In this document: positions 33,881-38,179 of the stretch, piece by piece
How the letters are laid out: each line of letters begins with the position of its first letter
Numbering within the stretch: position 1 is the first letter of the stretch
IMG/VR virus record: IMGVR_UViG_2585427736_000016
Direction: 5' to 3' (one strand)
Origin: a virus
Lineage: Duplodnaviria; Heunggongvirae; Uroviricota; Caudoviricetes
DNA: 38,179 nucleotides
Notes under the pieces: generated by a model
Seen by the model: the letters and a program-made list of their open reading frames with translations, nothing else
Databases searched by the model: none
Told to the model about the DNA's origin: nothing
Translations under genes and position numbers: made by a program

Positions 33881-35698
33881 ATGTCAGATATCACCGCAAA
33901 TGTTGTGGTAAGCATGCCTTCTCAACTCTTCACTATGGCTCGTTCTTTTAAAGCCGTAGCTAATGGAAAGATTTATATCGGAAAAATTGACACTGATCCG
34001 GTAAATACTGAAAACCAGATCCAGGTTTATGTGGAGAACGAAGACGGCTCTCATGTTCCTGTATCGCAACCAATCATCATTAACGCTGCTGGTTACCCGG
34101 TATATAACGGACAGATCGCCAAGTTCGTAACTGTGCAAGGCCATTCTATGGCTGTTTATGATGCATATGGGGCGCAGCAGTTCTATTTTCCTAATGTGTT
34201 GAAGTACGACCCTGACCAGGGAATTATCAGGTTAAAAGAAGAAATTGCGAAAGATGATGGAGAGAAATATATCGGAATATGCCCTGACGTTTTTACGCTC
34301 AGAACAATTGAGCCATCATTCGTCGGGCAAAATATAACTGTTCGTGGATACTACTCTGACACACCCGGGCTTGGGGGAGGAACGTTTATAGCCTTTTCCA
34401 GTTCTGAAGCTGACGATGGTGTGAATATTTTTGTTACCCCCGGCGGTAAGCGATGGAAGAGAGCAGGAAGCCACATCGATATTCCGGTAGAGAACGGTGG
34501 CATGATGACATCATGTACGGCTGAGCAAAACAGTGAAGCCTTTGAACGCCTGACTGCATGCCTTCCATATGAAGGAGGTACGCTCAGACTCAATGGATTT
34601 TACGATATTAAGTATGGCGCTATCGTGCCTCCACGTGTCACGCTGGAGGGGTGCGGTATGGATTCCTGTGGATTAATTAAAACAGGTAACGATATTAAAA
34701 CCGTTCCGGATCGCATGTGGCAGGGTGTACCACACAGCTTCTCCAAAGACTTTATTGTTGCGGTAGATATGGATAGTGACACATCAGGTGATTTAAGCGG
34801 GACACAAACAAGAAGCACCAGAATAATTGGATTGAGTATTCTAAATACTGCGCCCAATCCTTGTGATTACGGGATATATAGCGCTATCAGTTACAATGTG
34901 CGCCTTCAGGACCTGTATATTCATAGGGTGAAAACCGGTTATCGCACTAGTGATAGTTGGTTGCAGACATGGGAAAACATTACTATTCAGGATGTCGTTA
35001 CTGGAGTTAAAATCGAAGCAGGTGGAACCACATATAATTTAAACAATATTTATGTGAAAACATGTTCAGGTGTTGCATATGATTTTAATAACATTACATA
35101 TAGCAGCCTGACTTGTTTGGCTGCTGACTTCGTTAATGGTACTGGCTATAAATTTAAAGATTGTACTGGAGTGAATCTATCTGGATGCGGAAGCGAAGAA
35201 AGCACTGGTAAAATATTTGATATAAATGGTAGTCGAATTAACGTAACTGCATTTAGAGGGGTTAATCATCATGATGGAGGAGTTGAAGCTGTATCTCTGG
35301 AATCGTGTTTCATCTCATTGGTTTCATCTCATTTTTCTAGTTACTCTGGAGGCTCATCTAGCAAATACATATATCTTAATGATGCAACTGCAAATTTTAA
35401 TGGTACGGTAATTCCCGACAACACCACTGATTCTATTAGATGGGGTAGTGGGCAGAGCAGGATCAACAAGGTTGATTCAGGCGGCACCTATAGTATAACC
35501 GGAAACTCATCATGGACTGCATTATGCAGACTTGAGTCAGGATATATAACGGTTCTATCAGTATCACCACCCACGGGAGATACAACTAATTTCCCGTTTG
35601 GCACCAAGTGGGAATTGCTTGGTCAGGTTTCTACCGGACCGTGGAAGTGGACATACGTATCAACTGGTGAATGGAAGGTATCCGCAACTACCACGTAA
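33881..35698 (+). CDS. tailspike protein (conserved P22-type head-binding domain plus distinct beta-helix receptor-binding domain), 605 aa
   Basis: First about 113 aa ([42 protein letters not shown]...NVLKYDPDQ) match the P22/Sf6 N-terminal domain as recalled; remainder is Gly/Asn/Thr/Ser-rich repeats in AT-rich DNA. Confidence 0.9.
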   Translation: MSDITANVVVSMPSQLFTMARSFKAVANGKIYIGKIDTDPVNTENQIQVYVENEDGSHVPVSQPIIINAAGYPVYNGQIAKFVTVQGHSMAVYDAYGAQQFYFPNVLKYDPDQGIIRLKEEIAKDDGEKYIGICPDVFTLRTIEPSFVGQNITVRGYYSDTPGLGGGTFIAFSSSEADDGVNIFVTPGGKRWKRAGSHIDIPVENGGMMTSCTAEQNSEAFERLTACLPYEGGTLRLNGFYDIKYGAIVPPRVTLEGCGMDSCGLIKTGNDIKTVPDRMWQGVPHSFSKDFIVAVDMDSDTSGDLSGTQTRSTRIIGLSILNTAPNPCDYGIYSAISYNVRLQDLYIHRVKTGYRTSDSWLQTWENITIQDVVTGVKIEAGGTTYNLNNIYVKTCSGVAYDFNNITYSSLTCLAADFVNGTGYKFKDCTGVNLSGCGSEESTGKIFDINGSRINVTAFRGVNHHDGGVEAVSLESCFISLVSSHFSSYSGGSSSKYIYLNDATANFNGTVIPDNTTDSIRWGSGQSRINKVDSGGTYSITGNSSWTALCRLESGYITVLSVSPPTGDTTNFPFGTKWELLGQVSTGPWKWTYVSTGEWKVSATTT

Positions 35699-35700
35699 AA

Positions 35701-35726
35701 AAAAGGGGCTTTCAGCCCCTTTTTAT
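35701..35726. terminator. bidirectional rho-independent terminator between convergent tailspike and acyltransferase genes
   Basis: AAAAAAAA-AGGGGCT-ttc-AGCCCCT-TTTTTAT; A-run one side and T-run the other. Confidence 0.7.
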
Positions 35727-36779
35727 CTAATATCTGAATTTGTTTGATATCTTTTTCCCAATATCCATTGCTGGTTTTTCTATCGCAATAAATGATATCA
35801 GTCCAGCAATAAGTGATAGTGCTATGCATAAAACTTGATTTAAGTACAGGTTTATATCAGGTAATAACCTGAATGTTATCTGCTGTATTAAAAATCCCCA
35901 CAAGTAAACGCCATATGACACATCATGTTTTATTCTTACTGATTTTATTATTTTTGTTGTTGATAAATACACGAAAAATGTACATGCGCAAAAGTAAAAA
36001 AGCATATGCTTGAGTGTTGGGTCTGACACAAAATTATATAATATTGCAAATCCTATTGGTGCATGTGGTGAAATGTATATTTTGTCCTTGTTTATAGCAT
36101 ACAATGCGCCAAGAGCAAAGCATGGAGCCATTAAAAACACATCTGCATTATCGTTATTTATAAAAATTAATTTGTTCCATCCCAATACTGGAAGCGCTAT
36201 TATTGATAAGCATATGATGCTAGGTATTATTCTTCCTCTGCTCTGAGTTATCATGTAGCATGCTAGGAGCACGACATAAGATGCAACTTCATATGGTATT
36301 GTCCATAAGGAACCATTAACTGAGCTTTTATATATATTTTCCTCAAAAACACCAGGAAGAAAAAATTGCATATCCAAATATGAGCTTTTAAATAGATAGC
36401 TGTACGTCAGTGTATCTTTTAAATAAGATGTCATTGAGTGCGTTGTAAGTAATGGTCCAACAATGAATGTCGCGAATAATAAAACAAAAATGAATGCGGG
36501 GAATATTCTAAAAAATCTAGATGAAATAAAGTGTGGTATGTTGCGCGTTGTTAATAAACTATTAGTTACAAGCATTCCACTAATAAAGAAAAATATTTTT
36601 ACAGCAATGGAACCAGTATATGTAAATGTGAAAACAGACTGAACCGGCTCCTGGGCTCCATCAGAATTTGCAAGATAATATGAATGGGCAAATATTACAG
36701 AAATTGCACAAAAAATACGTATTAAGTCAAGGTTATTGTTATCCCTTTTTAGCGCATCTTTGACCAACATAAAAATCAC
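35727..36779 (-). CDS. membrane acyltransferase-3 family protein (O-antigen O-acetyltransferase-like serotype-conversion gene), 350 aa
   Basis: About 10 predicted TM helices; N-terminal ...DLIRIFCAISVIFAHS... with conserved His/Arg typical of the OafA/Oac family; strongly AT-rich; sits between tailspike and int as oac does in Sf6. Confidence 0.8.
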   Translation of the reverse strand: MIFMLVKDALKRDNNNLDLIRIFCAISVIFAHSYYLANSDGAQEPVQSVFTFTYTGSIAVKIFFFISGMLVTNSLLTTRNIPHFISSRFFRIFPAFIFVLLFATFIVGPLLTTHSMTSYLKDTLTYSYLFKSSYLDMQFFLPGVFEENIYKSSVNGSLWTIPYEVASYVVLLACYMITQSRGRIIPSIICLSIIALPVLGWNKLIFINNDNADVFLMAPCFALGALYAINKDKIYISPHAPIGFAILYNFVSDPTLKHMLFYFCACTFFVYLSTTKIIKSVRIKHDVSYGVYLWGFLIQQITFRLLPDINLYLNQVLCIALSLIAGLISFIAIEKPAMDIGKKISNKFRY

Positions 36780-37021
36780 CTAACTGTTTATTTTGAAGAG
36801 CATTGTATCATCAGATAGCCGCACTTTCACTCCCATCAGATCACCGTCAGAAATTATCATAAGCGCCAGTTCATCATGTGCAATTGCGTGCAAACAAAAT
36901 ATTCACTGCAGAGAGATTAAGTAGATTGATTCTACTGGGTTGGCATGAGACAAAACTGAGACACAGAAAGCTTTGCACTGGATTGCAAGGCTTTGTGCTC
37001 TTCGATAGTGGTTAAGGTGGA
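36780..37021. other. intergenic region downstream of int, expected location of attP (core not identified)
   Basis: Non-coding 242 bp between int 3' end and the acyltransferase start; direct repeats ATCAGAT (about 36810 and 36836) and dyad GCAC-N16-GTGC; no tRNA-like core seen. Confidence 0.3.
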
Positions 37022-38179
37022 TCACCCCCCCTTTTCATCAAGCCAGTCCGCCCACCACTGCATCATTTCTCTGCGCTTATCGAGATACTGAGCATGGTTG
37101 TAAATCCCGCGCACAGAACCGCCGTTAGCATGTGCCAGTTGCACTTCAATGGCGTCGGCGGGCCATTCGTGCTCGTTCATAATCGTGCTGAATTCATGCC
37201 TGAATCCGTGACCGCTTTCCAGACCTTCATAGCCGATTTGTTTGATCACAAGTAGCACCGCGTTCTCGCAGATTGGCTTTTTCTTATCGTTGCGCCCGGC
37301 AAAAACAAACTCTGATACTGGTTTGGTGATAGAGCTTAGCGTAGTGAGAAGTTCAACCACTTGGTCTGACATCGGGACCACATGAATTTTGCGTCCCTTC
37401 ATCACACTGGCGTCGATGGTGATAATCCTGTTTTCAAAATCGACGTTCTTCCATAGCATGGAACGAAGCTCTTTTGTTCTGAGGGCTGTGTAGCGTAAAA
37501 CTTTGGTCGCAATGAGCGATACGATGCTTCCTGAAAATGTTGCCAGTGCTTTGTTAAATGCCGGGATCTGGTCTGCAGGAAGAAACGGGAAGTTTTTCTT
37601 GCGGTATCCCTTCATGGCGTCAGCAAGGTCAGGTGCCGGGTTATATTTAGCCCTACCAGTGACAATAGCGTAACGGAAAACCTCGCCGCATCTTCTGCGG
37701 GCTTTGTTGGCTCGCTCCATTGCACCGCGATCTTCAAATCTGCGGATTACTTCAAGAAGTTGCATCGGCTCAATATCCTGAATTTCAAGGCCGCCGATGA
37801 TGGGTAAAATGTCGTCATCAAACATTTTTGCAAGTTCATTTGCATAGCCTACTGACCAGACTTGCTTCTTGTGCTCGTACCATTCCTTGTAAATGGCGCT
37901 AAAGGAATTGTTGTTAGACGAAGCCTTTTTCGCTTTTACCGGATCGATGCCAACCGAGATGTCTTTCCTCGCGGTCCATGCTTTATCCCTTGCCTCCTGC
38001 AAAGTCATAAGCGGATATTTTCCGACGGTCAGGATTTTCTCCTTACCGTCAATCTTGTAGCGAAGCTGCCATACCTTTTTCCCTGACACAGGGACATAAA
38101 GGTACAGGCCATTACCATCGAGAAGGCGGTATGGTTTTTCTTTCGGCTTTGCTGCTTCAATCTGCTTAACGGTGAGCAT
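37022..38179 (-). CDS. int: tyrosine site-specific integrase (P4/IntA-like arm-binding N-terminus), 385 aa
   Basis: N-terminus MLTVKQIEAAKPKEKPYRLLDGNGLYLYV (DUF4102-type) and C-terminal catalytic region (...HGFRHEF..., ...RGIYNHAQY with the catalytic Tyr); ATG is the last codon of the window, immediately after the xis stop in a circular reading. Confidence 0.9.
   Translation of the reverse strand: MLTVKQIEAAKPKEKPYRLLDGNGLYLYVPVSGKKVWQLRYKIDGKEKILTVGKYPLMTLQEARDKAWTARKDISVGIDPVKAKKASSNNNSFSAIYKEWYEHKKQVWSVGYANELAKMFDDDILPIIGGLEIQDIEPMQLLEVIRRFEDRGAMERANKARRRCGEVFRYAIVTGRAKYNPAPDLADAMKGYRKKNFPFLPADQIPAFNKALATFSGSIVSLIATKVLRYTALRTKELRSMLWKNVDFENRIITIDASVMKGRKIHVVPMSDQVVELLTTLSSITKPVSEFVFAGRNDKKKPICENAVLLVIKQIGYEGLESGHGFRHEFSTIMNEHEWPADAIEVQLAHANGGSVRGIYNHAQYLDKRREMMQWWADWLDEKGG

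Noticed and set aside
36010-36246. 78-aa plus-strand ORF inside the acyltransferase gene
   Set aside because: Antisense to the AT-rich acyltransferase CDS; AT-rich DNA yields long chance ORFs.

Overview
The window reads as a complete, circularly permuted genome of a temperate P22/Sf6-like lambdoid podovirus of Enterobacteriaceae, not a chromosomal segment. The minus-strand xis stop codon sits at nt 1-3 and the int ATG at nt 38177-38179, so xis and int abut across the window ends. Layout in window coordinates: xis, then a leftward early operon (1-6408, minus strand) of small hypothetical genes, an SSB-Erf recombination module, arf/kil-position ORFs, cIII, a disrupted ral and N; an immunity region (6700-8800) with PL/OL, nutL, a repressor-cotranscribed membrane protein, the cI/C2 repressor, OR/PR, cro, nutR and cII; replication genes O (with internal iteron origin) and a DnaB-type helicase; a nin region (ninB, Dam-type methyltransferase, ninE/X/F, Rha/KilAC antirepressor, YbcO-like protein, rusA, ninH); a lambda-type Q with its PR' promoter, whose leader is interrupted by an AT-rich HNH-AP2 homing-endonuclease gene; a lysis cassette (dual-start holin, SAR endolysin, Rz/Rz1); three accessory genes; an Sf6-type morphogenesis block (terS, terL, portal, scaffold, coat, adaptor, tail hub, tail needle, ejection proteins); a leftward mnt; a tailspike with conserved head-binding domain and AT-rich receptor-binding domain; a convergent AT-rich acyltransferase (O-antigen acetylase-like); and a P4-type tyrosine integrase. 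No rRNA, complete tRNA or CRISPR array was seen. All calls come from reading the six-frame translations and the DNA by eye; homology statements rest on recalled family signatures and recalled lambda/P22/Sf6 sequences, and no search was run. The most notable observations are the homing endonuclease inside the late-operon leader, the membrane protein in the rexAB-equivalent position, the lysis-terminase accessory cluster with repeated stem-loops, and a frame-broken ral remnant.
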